Part shown: one piece after another, positions 37,526-46,679 of the stretch
Layout of the letters: every line of letters begins with the position of its first letter
How positions within the stretch are numbered: the first letter of the stretch is position 1
DNA from: a virus
DNA: 64,000 bases
Virus record (IMG/VR): IMGVR_UViG_3300011113_000642
Location: 30,855-94,854 of that record
Strand: one strand, 5' to 3'
Notes under the pieces: generated by a model
The model's database searches: none
The model's input: only the letters and a program-made list of their open reading frames with translations
What the model was told of the DNA's origin: nothing
Made by a program: the position numbers and the translations under genes

Positions 37526-39535
37526 ATGTTCTTTGGAAAGAACAAAACATCTCTAAAATTGGCTAAACAGCACCCAGAATTGCTGATGGGGTGTGAGTAT
37601 TATATAATAGAATCTTCAAATAACCCAAAGAAGATTAAAGTTGGTTCTGGTATTTCTCAATTATATTTGCGTAACTCTGATGGTGAAGAATATCTTATAG
37701 AAGGTAATAGCACAAAAATCAAAGAACTTTTTACTCCTTCCAAAACTTATGAAAGTATGGAAGGAAAACTTTTTAAAACAACAAAGCCATTTGGTAATTT
37801 TTTTCAATTCCAAATGCTTAAAGAAATTGCTCCTTGCCAGTACGATGAAAAAATTCAATTAGGTAATGGTATCTCGGAGCATTACTTCATTGTTAAGGGT
37901 TCAAATAAAATTGTAAAAGTTTATGGCAACTCTAGCCAGATTAAAAATCTTTTAGAAGAAGTCAATATACCAAAGCCAGCGGTGGTTCCTGCGCCAAAAT
38001 TACAAACTAAAATTGAAGTAGTAGAAAAAGTTATTATAAAAGAAACAACTCCAGTTATTGGTGCACAAGGACTTCAAGGAGAAAAAGGTCTAAAAGGAGA
38101 ACGGGGAGACCGTGGAGAACGCGGTGAAATTGGTCCACGTGGTCCAGAAGGCAAAGAAGGCCCGCAAGGAATACCGGGCCCACCGGGACCAGAAGGACCC
38201 AGAGGCCCACAAGGACAAAAAGGTGATCCTGGTATTCCAGGTGAAAGGGGCGAAAAAGGCGAGCGTGGAGATATTGGTCCCATTGGCCCACAAGGTGAAA
38301 AAGGTGAACCCGGTAATGATGGTTTACAAGGACCTATAGGTGAACGGGGGCCACAGGGAGAGAAAGGTGATATTGGTGAAACTGGTCCTCAAGGAGAACA
38401 AGGTATTCCCGGTCCAATTGGTCCCGTGGGACCACGGGGACCTGCTGGTATTCAAGGACCAAAAGGCGAACAAGGTGAACAAGGTATACCTGGTCCTCCC
38501 GGAGAAAGTTCAATTGTAAATGTTGAATATCCTTTAGTTCTTGAAGATAATACTATATCTCTTGATAAAAATCATATCACCAAGATACTTGAAAAATTTA
38601 AAGGCACATCTTCTGATGAGTTAGCCCAACAACTCAGCAGACTTGCGACTCCCGGTGGTGGAGCGGTGGGAATTATAAGAAGAGTTGGCAATCAAGACAC
38701 ACGAATAATAAAATCTGTAAATGATTTAATTTTTACTGGTTCGGGTGTTACGATTACTAAAAAAAGAAAAAACGTAGAAATTAATATTGCTGGTGTTGAG
38801 GGGGCAGTTACAAAATTAACAGCAGGGGCGGGAATTACATTATCACCAGAAACGGGAATTGGTGATGTGACTATTACAAATCTTATTTCGTTAAAGGCAC
38901 TTCCCGGTTCAATACAATTTGCCAATTCCGGTGTTGATGATTTAGATGCAAGCGCAAGATTTAAATTTATCAAAACAACCTCAACTTTAGAAGTTCCCGG
39001 TGCACTTGAACTAAATTCTACCGCTGGTTACGCTTCATATATTCAATTTCCTAATGGCACAACACAGGGTACAGCTCCTAATAGATTTTATTATCAAACT
39101 ACATCTCCCTCTGGTGTAACGCAAGGTGACCGTTGGATGGACTCTGACAATGGTATTGAATATGTTTATATCTACGATGGTAACACAAATCAATGGGTGC
39201 AGCCCACAAACACGGGCGGCTCCAGTACCACAACAATTTCTGTTCTTACAACTACTTCAGTAACGGGAGCAACGTATGCAGCTCTTCCAACGGATTATTA
39301 TATTGGTGTAAGTTATGCTGGACCAGTAACAGTTACACTTCCAACTAACCCAGAAACCGGAAGAGAAATTGTAGTAAAAGATGAATCCGGAAACGCAGGC
39401 AACGGAGTCAATCGTCAAATCACGGTTGTCGGAGCCACTACATCACATAAGATTGATAATCAAAGTTCTGCAATAATTAACCTAGACAATGCTGGTCTGC
39501 ATTTTATCTACAGATCCGGCTGGAGAATAATATAA
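37526..39535 (+). CDS. collagen triple-helix fibre protein
   Basis: About 50 continuous GXY triplets (GPQGEKGER type); GDRW.D.D.G module; C-terminal TVTLP...GREIVVKDESG domain. Confidence 0.8.
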   Translation: MFFGKNKTSLKLAKQHPELLMGCEYYIIESSNNPKKIKVGSGISQLYLRNSDGEEYLIEGNSTKIKELFTPSKTYESMEGKLFKTTKPFGNFFQFQMLKEIAPCQYDEKIQLGNGISEHYFIVKGSNKIVKVYGNSSQIKNLLEEVNIPKPAVVPAPKLQTKIEVVEKVIIKETTPVIGAQGLQGEKGLKGERGDRGERGEIGPRGPEGKEGPQGIPGPPGPEGPRGPQGQKGDPGIPGERGEKGERGDIGPIGPQGEKGEPGNDGLQGPIGERGPQGEKGDIGETGPQGEQGIPGPIGPVGPRGPAGIQGPKGEQGEQGIPGPPGESSIVNVEYPLVLEDNTISLDKNHITKILEKFKGTSSDELAQQLSRLATPGGGAVGIIRRVGNQDTRIIKSVNDLIFTGSGVTITKKRKNVEINIAGVEGAVTKLTAGAGITLSPETGIGDVTITNLISLKALPGSIQFANSGVDDLDASARFKFIKTTSTLEVPGALELNSTAGYASYIQFPNGTTQGTAPNRFYYQTTSPSGVTQGDRWMDSDNGIEYVYIYDGNTNQWVQPTNTGGSSTTTISVLTTTSVTGATYAALPTDYYIGVSYAGPVTVTLPTNPETGREIVVKDESGNAGNGVNRQITVVGATTSHKIDNQSSAIINLDNAGLHFIYRSGWRII

Positions 39536-40770
39536 TGTCATACCTATTCAATGATCTCGTTGGGTTCAAGGATAATGCAATAGATGCATTTAATCGTCTT
39601 AAAGTTGCAAATCCATTTACAGTATTTGACAGCCAAAACAGATATCAACCAAATGACAAGTGGGATATATTTGGAGTAACTGGAGGAACATATTCGTATT
39701 CCTTAAATGAAAGTGCCGTTAATTTAATAGTTGGTACAACTGCAGGCTCTAAAGTTACAAGAGAAACCAAAAGAGTGTTCCCTTATCAGCCCGGTAAATC
39801 TCTTTTAGTATTAAGCACATTTGCATTCAATCAGCCAAAAACTGGATTGAGACAAAGAATTGGATACTTTGGAATTACTGGTGGCGCTACAGCTGGAATT
39901 CCATACAATGGAGTTTATCTAGAACAAAATGGATTAACTCTAAGCATGAATTTGGTCTCTGCTTCTTTGGGCACAACCATAACAGCCAACCAATCGGATT
40001 GGAATGGAGATGTTTTTGATGGAACTGGTTCTTCTGGCAGAGATTTGGATATAACAAAGGCAAACATTTTTTGGATGGATATTGAATGGCTTGGAGTTGG
40101 TGATGTAAGAACTGGATTCTTTGTAGATGGAAGACCAGTTATTGCACACACATTTCACAATGATAATATAAATTCTACAGCCTACATGACTACGGCATGT
40201 CTTCCAATTAGATATGAACTTGAAAATTTGACAGGGCAGACAGGAGGCAGCCAATCAAAACAAATTTGTTCGTCAGTAGTTTCTGAAGGTGGTTATGAAG
40301 GATTCAGCAGACGATATAATATTTCTACAGATGCCACCACACTTACTTTGGTATCTGCTGGAACATATTATCCCGTTTTGTCAATTAGATTGAATTCAAA
40401 CAGATTGGATTCAATCATAGTCCCATCAAATATTAGTGCTATCGTAGAATCTGCTGGCGCAGCATGGGTGCATTACCGAATTGTTTTGGGTGGAACTTTT
40501 ACTGGCACCGCACCAACCTGGCACACCCATTATAATGGAAATGTAGATTACGTTGTACATGTAAACACTACTGGTTTGACCGGGGCAACGGATGTTGTTG
40601 GTGGTTACATAAATGCAGGTGGAGTGTCAGATATCAGTTCTCAGAATGATTTTAATTTCCAATTGGGAAGAACTCAAACTGGTGTGAGTGATATCATAAC
40701 ATTGGTTGCTGCTGGGGCATCACCAAATGTAAAATTTGCAGCAGACCTTTCTTGGTTCGAAATAGTATAA
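39535..40770 (+). CDS. conserved phage virion protein (lectin-like beta fold)
   Basis: DAFNRL.V..P.T.FD, YQPGKS, EWLGVGDVR.GF, LPIRYE, SEGG motifs seen in aquatic-phage structural proteins. Confidence 0.65.
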   Translation: MSYLFNDLVGFKDNAIDAFNRLKVANPFTVFDSQNRYQPNDKWDIFGVTGGTYSYSLNESAVNLIVGTTAGSKVTRETKRVFPYQPGKSLLVLSTFAFNQPKTGLRQRIGYFGITGGATAGIPYNGVYLEQNGLTLSMNLVSASLGTTITANQSDWNGDVFDGTGSSGRDLDITKANIFWMDIEWLGVGDVRTGFFVDGRPVIAHTFHNDNINSTAYMTTACLPIRYELENLTGQTGGSQSKQICSSVVSEGGYEGFSRRYNISTDATTLTLVSAGTYYPVLSIRLNSNRLDSIIVPSNISAIVESAGAAWVHYRIVLGGTFTGTAPTWHTHYNGNVDYVVHVNTTGLTGATDVVGGYINAGGVSDISSQNDFNFQLGRTQTGVSDIITLVAAGASPNVKFAADLSWFEIV

Positions 40771-40773
40771 ATA
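40766..40773 (+). promoter_or_regulatory. T4 late promoter TATAAATA
   Basis: TATAAATA-N7-ATG, no SD. Confidence 0.7.
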
Positions 40774-40780
40774 TTAAGAC

Positions 40781-41650
40781 ATGCCATTAGATTTTCCCAC
40801 ATCTCCAGCACTGAATGAAATTTACACTTTTGGTGGACGTTCTTGGCAATGGAACGGAACCGCTTGGGATGTTTATAGTACCGTCAGCGGAACTGTAGTT
40901 ACAACTTTAAATGGTTTGTCCGGTGGCGTAACTTTGGCTGCAGGGTCAAATATTACTTTGTCGCCAGTGGGCAATACTATAACCATTGCATCAAGTGGAG
41001 GTGGAGGAGGAGGAACTGGAAATAATTTTACGGAATCCACATCTGCACCAACTCCGTTATTTGCTGGAGATCGGTGGTTTGACACAGACGAAGGAAATTT
41101 ATATACAGCTGTTACCGATGATAGCGGATTAATTTGGGTTCAACTGAACGCTGGAATTGTAGGAGCATCTGGACCAGCGGGCAACACTGGAGCCACAGGA
41201 GCCACAGGACCACAAGGAAACACTGGAGCCACAGGAGCCACGGGACCACAAGGAAACACTGGTGCTACTGGACCACAAGGAAACACTGGAGCCACAGGAG
41301 CCACGGGACCACAAGGAAACACTGGAGCCACAGGACCACAAGGAAACACTGGTGCTACTGGACCAGTTGGAGATTATGTAATTTCTTTGAGGGGTCTAAC
41401 TGGAGCAGTAGGACTCACTAACAACAGCGGAATCGGTTTAAGTGTTTCTGGTCAGACCCTTACTTTTAGCAACACAGGAGTTTTGAGTGTTAATGGTTTA
41501 ACCGGAGTAGTCACTTTTGCAGCAGGATCTGGAATAACTCTTTCTACATTGGGAAATACCATCACAATAGGAAATGGATATAACATTACTTCTGGTACAG
41601 CTGCACCAACAGGTGGAGTCAGCGGCGATATTTACATTCAGTACACATAA
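40781..41650 (+). CDS. short collagen-like fibre protein
   Basis: [18 protein letters not shown]-terminus; (GNTGATGPQ)n; ends [19 protein letters not shown]. Confidence 0.75.
   Translation: MPLDFPTSPALNEIYTFGGRSWQWNGTAWDVYSTVSGTVVTTLNGLSGGVTLAAGSNITLSPVGNTITIASSGGGGGGTGNNFTESTSAPTPLFAGDRWFDTDEGNLYTAVTDDSGLIWVQLNAGIVGASGPAGNTGATGATGPQGNTGATGATGPQGNTGATGPQGNTGATGATGPQGNTGATGPQGNTGATGPVGDYVISLRGLTGAVGLTNNSGIGLSVSGQTLTFSNTGVLSVNGLTGVVTFAAGSGITLSTLGNTITIGNGYNITSGTAAPTGGVSGDIYIQYT
41180..41365 (+). repeat. 27/36-nt tandem repeats encoding GNTGAT(GAT)GPQ
   Basis: Repeated GGAAACACTGG(A/T)GC(C/T)AC.GGACCACAA. Confidence 0.9.
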
Positions 41651-41661
41651 AGGAAAAATAA

Positions 41662-42102
41662 ATGTCCACATTACAAACGCGATTATCACAAGACGATGTA
41701 AAAGACTTACCAGATTGGCAAGTCGCAAATATTTTAAATTTACCAGATCCATCTTTACCTATAATAACAGAATGGGAAAAGACATCAATTGGAATAGGAA
41801 CGATATTGGATATATTGGGACCAACCGAAGGATCAATATTTCTTGACACTGTATCTTCAGCAGCAAATAGCAACTCTATTCTTAAATGGGGAATGAAGAT
41901 ATTGGAAAATTCGAACTTAGACATATCATTGCAAAGCACAAGAGATTCATTGACTATACTCAAGAACAATGGCATGATAACAGACTCACAACTTGATGCT
42001 CTTTTCTCCGTTTCTCGCAGACAGAGATACCCGTCATGGTCAGAGTATCATGGAATTGAAGTAACGGCGAGAACAGTTGGATTGGCAAGAGGAGGAATAT
42101 AA
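41662..42102 (+). CDS. hypothetical protein (fibre-associated module)
   Basis: AAGGA SD, coupled to neighbours. Confidence 0.7.
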   Translation: MSTLQTRLSQDDVKDLPDWQVANILNLPDPSLPIITEWEKTSIGIGTILDILGPTEGSIFLDTVSSAANSNSILKWGMKILENSNLDISLQSTRDSLTILKNNGMITDSQLDALFSVSRRQRYPSWSEYHGIEVTARTVGLARGGI

Positions 42103-42103
42103 T

Positions 42104-42517
42104 ATGGCAATCGCAAAATGGGCAACACCTTCGGCGCGTTCAAGCAACTTTGCGGGAACAACACTCAATTCTCTCGCCAACGCCGGAGAATCTGCGGTAG
42201 TGACATATGACAACAGCACCAATCGTGATTTATATGGAGTGGTCACCATTAAGTTGGGAAGCATCACTCCGAGTACAGGTGGTTCGATAACATTGCGTGT
42301 CACTCTCAACGATGGAACTGACACGGCAGACCGCATCGGTGGCGATCTGTATGTTGTGCCGCTGACAAGTGGTGCATCGGCCAAGGTAGCTGTCATCAAC
42401 ATGGTGAGACTGTATCCTTACTCTATGCGTTTTTCTGTAATTAACAACAGCGGAGTTGCTTTCAATGCTGGTAGCAATGAAATGTATGTCCGTCCTTGGA
42501 ACGAGGATGTGACCTGA
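42104..42517 (+). CDS. hypothetical virion protein (beta-sandwich)
   Basis: Start MAIAKWATPS after GAGGAGG SD. Confidence 0.7.
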   Translation: MAIAKWATPSARSSNFAGTTLNSLANAGESAVVTYDNSTNRDLYGVVTIKLGSITPSTGGSITLRVTLNDGTDTADRIGGDLYVVPLTSGASAKVAVINMVRLYPYSMRFSVINNSGVAFNAGSNEMYVRPWNEDVT

Positions 42518-43338
42518 TGCCGCGAGGTGTCAGCCGTATTGATGAGGCGATGCTACAGAGGCGGCTTTGGTCACCTAATCTGCTGCGGCCTGCGCTGTGG
42601 TTGGACGCTGCTGATGCTTCTACAGTTTCAGTAGCAACAGGCGTAAGTGAGTGGCGAGATAAAAGCGGCAACAATCGGCACTTTACACAGTCAACACCCG
42701 CAAGCCAGCCAGCGTATAATCTCAACGGCATCAACGGTCTCGGAAGCATCTCCTACGACCCGACAAATGATGCGCTGCAGCGCACACCCGAGGCTTGGGC
42801 ATTTCAGTACCCAATAACTGCATTCATCGTATTCAGAGCGGCAGCATTTACTAACGCCTACAACTCATTATTTGAGTTTTATACTACCAATGGCCCTGGA
42901 AATGCGGGGTGGAGTGACCTCATCAAAAGCAATGGAAGGTCTGCGATTTATGCAACAACTACCGCAGGAACGCAGCCGAATTATGATGGAGCGGGAGTGG
43001 CTACTTACGTTACAAATCGAACCTACATTTTCACAGGTGTACATCAAAACAATTCATTGATTGGGCTTCAGAACGGAAACACAGACGGTAGCAACGCAGG
43101 CTCCTATACCTTACGGACGAATTTAGGGGTATCTCCCTTATACATCGGCTCATCGCCTCTGTTCAGCCGATACACTAACTGGCAAATAGGTGAAGTTATT
43201 ATCACAAATAATGCGGCGCTATCGACATCTGACCGATTGAAGGTTGAAGGGTATCTTGCGTGGAAATGGGGCATCGCTGCTGACGTGGTGGTGAGCAGCC
43301 CCTTCGCTAACCGCCCTCCGCTGATCGGAGATTCATGA
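42517..43338 (+). CDS. LamG/concanavalin-like receptor-binding domain protein
   Basis: LWLDAAD, VSEWRDKSGN.RH, IGEVII, VEGYLAWKWG; start MPRGVSR after GAGG SD. Confidence 0.75.
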   Translation: MPRGVSRIDEAMLQRRLWSPNLLRPALWLDAADASTVSVATGVSEWRDKSGNNRHFTQSTPASQPAYNLNGINGLGSISYDPTNDALQRTPEAWAFQYPITAFIVFRAAAFTNAYNSLFEFYTTNGPGNAGWSDLIKSNGRSAIYATTTAGTQPNYDGAGVATYVTNRTYIFTGVHQNNSLIGLQNGNTDGSNAGSYTLRTNLGVSPLYIGSSPLFSRYTNWQIGEVIITNNAALSTSDRLKVEGYLAWKWGIAADVVVSSPFANRPPLIGDS

Positions 43339-43339
43339 C

Positions 43340-43507
43340 ATGCCACTAAGAATACGAACACCGTCCATTAGTTCACCCTCCACCAATTCCATATGGTGGC
43401 TTAATGTTGGTGGAGTGTGGAAGCAGGGAACCGTGTGGATCAATGTGAGTGGGGTCTGGAAACAGGCTACGAGGATCTGGTTCAATGTTTCGGGGACTTG
43501 GAAGTAA
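43340..43507 (+). CDS. 55-aa protein with three W.NV.G.WK repeats (fibre-tip-type motif), not in ORF track
   Basis: MPLRIRTPSISSPSTNSIWWLNVGGVWKQGTVWINVSGVWKQATRIWFNVSGTWK; GGAG SD. Confidence 0.75.
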   Translation: MPLRIRTPSISSPSTNSIWWLNVGGVWKQGTVWINVSGVWKQATRIWFNVSGTWK

Positions 43508-43530
43508 ATAATAGGGATAAATATTAAGTA

Positions 43531-45129
43531 ATGGCAATCAATTTTCCCAATAGTCCCGCACCAAATGAAATATACACCTTCAATGGATTATCTTGGAGGT
43601 GGACTGGTTCATCGTGGACAAGTTTGGGAACGGCTGTTATAGGTGCAACAGGAGCCACTGGACCACAAGGAAACACTGGTGCAACTGGGCCCCAAGGAAA
43701 CACTGGTGCAACTGGACCTGTTGGCGATTATGTCATTTCTATCCGTGGTCTTACAGGTGCGGTAGGAATCACCAACGGCAGCGGAATCGGTCTGAGTGTT
43801 TCTGGTCAGACAATGACCTTCAGCAATACTGGAGTTTTGAGCATTGACGGTGGTACTGGTGCCATTACGAATGTTGCTAGAACTAATGTTGATAATAATT
43901 TTAGTGCAAGTCAAACTATTAGTTTAATTAATCCATTCTTAAATCTTGAAGATACGAATACATCAAATATGATTACATTTGATGTGTCTTCAAAAAGTAT
44001 AACTTTTATTGATAATACAGTAGATGATGGTGTTGAAACAACACTTTATTTTAATCCTGTGGGTGCTATCGGTTTTGTAAATACTGGAATTACTTTTCCA
44101 AGTTATAGTACCGTTTTAGCTGGTCTTGCTGGAACTCAAACTTTTACTGGAATTAATACATTTACATCTAGAACAAACTTTAATAGTGGTATAAGTGCTT
44201 CTGGTGGAATAACATTTGCAAATGATATTCGTGTTAATAGTCTTACGGTTGGAAGAGGTGCTGGAAATGTAGATAGTAATGTTGCAATAGGTTTTAATTC
44301 TTTTGATGCCAATGTAAGTGGTAGTAATAATATTGCTATTGGTTATGATGCACTAGGTTCAAATACTATAGGTAATAACAATGCAGCAATTGGACGTTCT
44401 GCTTTGGGTGCTAATACTACAGGAACTGATAATGTTGCTATAGGAAATTCATCATTACAAAATATAACTACAAGCTCCAAAAATATTGCAATAGGTTCTG
44501 ATGCCGGTCGATTACGAGCAAATGGTAATGTTTTAACAAGTGCAACTGGCGGTATTTACATTGGATATAATTCAAGAGGATTTACTTTAGCACAAACTAA
44601 CGAAATTGTAATAGGAACAGATGCACTTGGTTTGGGTTCCAATACAGCAGTCATCGGGGCAACTTCACAAACAGCCGCGACAATTTATGGATTGTTGAAT
44701 ACTCCGGGTGGTTTGAGTGCTGCCGGTGCAACTTTCAGTTCACTTGTAATATTTAATGCCGGAATTTCTGCGGCTGGTGGAGTAACCTTTAGCGGAACAA
44801 TTGCTTCTGATACTGGTTACAGAATTACATCAAACGCAATAAATGCACAGACCGGAACCACATACACGTTCTTGGCTTCAGATAATGGTAAAATTGTTAC
44901 ATTTAACAATGGTTCTGCAATAACTGTAACTATACCCACAGGACTTCCTGTTGGCTTCAACTGCACAGGAATCCAGCTAGGTGCAGGACAAGTAGGATTT
45001 ACCACAGAATCAGGAGTTACACTTCAAAGTTATGGAAATCAATACAAAATGATAGGTCAGCATGCTTCTGCTACTATTATTGAATATTCAAATAACATTG
45101 TGAATCTTTCAGGAAATTTAATTGTATGA
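43531..45129 (+). CDS. tail fibre/adhesin with short collagen segment and YadA-head-like N.AIG..AL..N repeats
   Basis: N-terminus paralogous to 40781..41650; NVAIG/NIAIG repeats; C-terminal TYT...DNGK...TVTIP domain; GATAAATA at 43516. Confidence 0.78.
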   Translation: MAINFPNSPAPNEIYTFNGLSWRWTGSSWTSLGTAVIGATGATGPQGNTGATGPQGNTGATGPVGDYVISIRGLTGAVGITNGSGIGLSVSGQTMTFSNTGVLSIDGGTGAITNVARTNVDNNFSASQTISLINPFLNLEDTNTSNMITFDVSSKSITFIDNTVDDGVETTLYFNPVGAIGFVNTGITFPSYSTVLAGLAGTQTFTGINTFTSRTNFNSGISASGGITFANDIRVNSLTVGRGAGNVDSNVAIGFNSFDANVSGSNNIAIGYDALGSNTIGNNNAAIGRSALGANTTGTDNVAIGNSSLQNITTSSKNIAIGSDAGRLRANGNVLTSATGGIYIGYNSRGFTLAQTNEIVIGTDALGLGSNTAVIGATSQTAATIYGLLNTPGGLSAAGATFSSLVIFNAGISAAGGVTFSGTIASDTGYRITSNAINAQTGTTYTFLASDNGKIVTFNNGSAITVTIPTGLPVGFNCTGIQLGAGQVGFTTESGVTLQSYGNQYKMIGQHASATIIEYSNNIVNLSGNLIV

Positions 45130-45896
45130 TTACACCAAGCGGTAAAATTGGAATAATCGACAGTCTTCGAAATTACTCTACTGATGGATTGATTTTGAAT
45201 GTGGATTTTTCCAACGACTATGGATTTGCAGGCAATACTGCAAACGATTTGTCAAACAGCACAGTAAAATATTCAACTCCGGGTGGTTATGTTGCTCTTG
45301 TATCGGGTTCAACTGCTATGCCCGGTTACATTGATTTAGATGGGTCAACAGACTACTTAATCGCAGGCTCAACTCTATCTGCATTTGCAGGACTCACCGC
45401 ATTCACGATTGACGCTTGGGTTAAGTTAGATACTTCGCTAACACGGGCAATAGTATCAAACAACGCCGCCGCAGCCGGGTCAGCAAACAAAGGGTTTGCT
45501 CTTATTATCCTTTCTGATAGAACTCCAAGAATAAACCTGAATACAGGATCAGTAAGTTATATCGGCACACTCTCTGGTTTGACTATGGGTACGGGTGAAT
45601 GGACAAATTGGTTCATAACCGTAGAGGAAACGGTTGTTGGTACAACATCCGTAATGAAAGGAAAAGTATTCAGACCCGCAGGACGGTCTGCATCTGATTT
45701 TACGGGAGTATCCATCAGTATAGGAGCACAAGGAATCACAAGCAGCAATCTCATAGCAATCGGAAGACGCTCCACAGCAGCCCTTCAGTATTGGGATGGA
45801 ATGATTGGTGCTGTAAAGGTATACAACAGAGTACTGCCCGAGTCCGAAATGGATTTCAACTACAACGCAGCAAAAACACGCTATGGTCATACATAA
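45126..45896 (+). CDS. LamG-like domain virion protein
   Basis: DGL.L..D, LDGSTDY, FTIDAWVK, IG.VKVYNRVL, YNA.KTRYG. Confidence 0.78.
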   Translation: MITPSGKIGIIDSLRNYSTDGLILNVDFSNDYGFAGNTANDLSNSTVKYSTPGGYVALVSGSTAMPGYIDLDGSTDYLIAGSTLSAFAGLTAFTIDAWVKLDTSLTRAIVSNNAAAAGSANKGFALIILSDRTPRINLNTGSVSYIGTLSGLTMGTGEWTNWFITVEETVVGTTSVMKGKVFRPAGRSASDFTGVSISIGAQGITSSNLIAIGRRSTAALQYWDGMIGAVKVYNRVLPESEMDFNYNAAKTRYGHT

Positions 45897-46134
45897 TACA
45901 CCACTATATTATGCAATTGTAAATTTTACAGATGTAAATTTACTAAATTTTGAAGAATTTATAACTTCTTTAGAAGGTATTAGATATTCCCTAGATGGAA
46001 CGAAAGCATTAGTAAAGTGGAAAGAAATGCAGATACCACAAAGTATTCAAAATTTAAATTTTGAAGGACCATATAATCAAACTCAAATTTTACAAATTAC
46101 ACAATCATTAAATTGGACAGAATCTGAAACGTAA
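45883..46134 (+). CDS. small hypothetical protein
   Basis: RYSLDGTKALVKW motif, commonly found next to LamG fibre genes. Confidence 0.65.
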   Translation: MVIHNTPLYYAIVNFTDVNLLNFEEFITSLEGIRYSLDGTKALVKWKEMQIPQSIQNLNFEGPYNQTQILQITQSLNWTESET

Positions 46135-46147
46135 GTATAATATACCC
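46114..46147 (+). promoter_or_regulatory. sigma70-type promoter, leaderless, for dUTPase
   Basis: TGGACA-N16-TATAAT-N6-ATG. Confidence 0.78.
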
Positions 46148-46666
46148 ATGATCCTCCAATACTTTAAACACTCCCCAGACATTGTAGACCCAAATTTTCA
46201 AACTCGTATGGCAGCTTGTTTTGATTTAGCTGCCTATATTCCCAAAAACGAGAAGATTAAAATTTACAAAGGCAAAAGTTTTACTGAAATTTTACCAGAA
46301 TACGACTCGTCCAACGACAAGACCTTCATCGCCCTGATGCCCGGAGAAAGGGCTCTAATTCGTACTGGATTGACTTTTAACGTGCCCGAGCAGTATTCTA
46401 TCCGTCTACACCCCCGTTCAGGGATGGCCCTTAAATACGGTTTAACGCTGGCCAATTGTGAGGGTATTGTGGACGAAGATTACACACATGAGACCAAAAT
46501 TATTGTCTTGAACACCAATACCGAAGAATCTATCAAAATTTATGATAGGGATAGAATTGCTCAGGCTGAGGTAGTTGAATACGAGCAATGCTACTTCCAA
46601 GAGGTATATAAAGAACCCGACCAGAAATCTGATCGGGTTGGTGGGTTCGGAAGTACTGGAACGTAA
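46148..46666 (+). CDS. dut: trimeric dUTPase
   Basis: AACFDL, PRSG.ALK.G, GIVDEDY, DRIAQ, RVGGFGSTG. Confidence 0.95.
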   Translation: MILQYFKHSPDIVDPNFQTRMAACFDLAAYIPKNEKIKIYKGKSFTEILPEYDSSNDKTFIALMPGERALIRTGLTFNVPEQYSIRLHPRSGMALKYGLTLANCEGIVDEDYTHETKIIVLNTNTEESIKIYDRDRIAQAEVVEYEQCYFQEVYKEPDQKSDRVGGFGSTGT

Positions 46667-46679
46667 TATTTATTCAATA

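Noticed and set aside
35550-41421. Many short minus-strand and alternate-frame ORFs (PVGPVAP, WSCGSS, LEYLVC types)
   Set aside because: Antisense or off-frame shadows of Gly-X-Y repeats, with no independent signals.
41280-43850. Possible DGR template/variable repeat pair between the two fibre paralogues
   Set aside because: Differences are mostly synonymous and not adenine-specific; no reverse transcriptase in the window.
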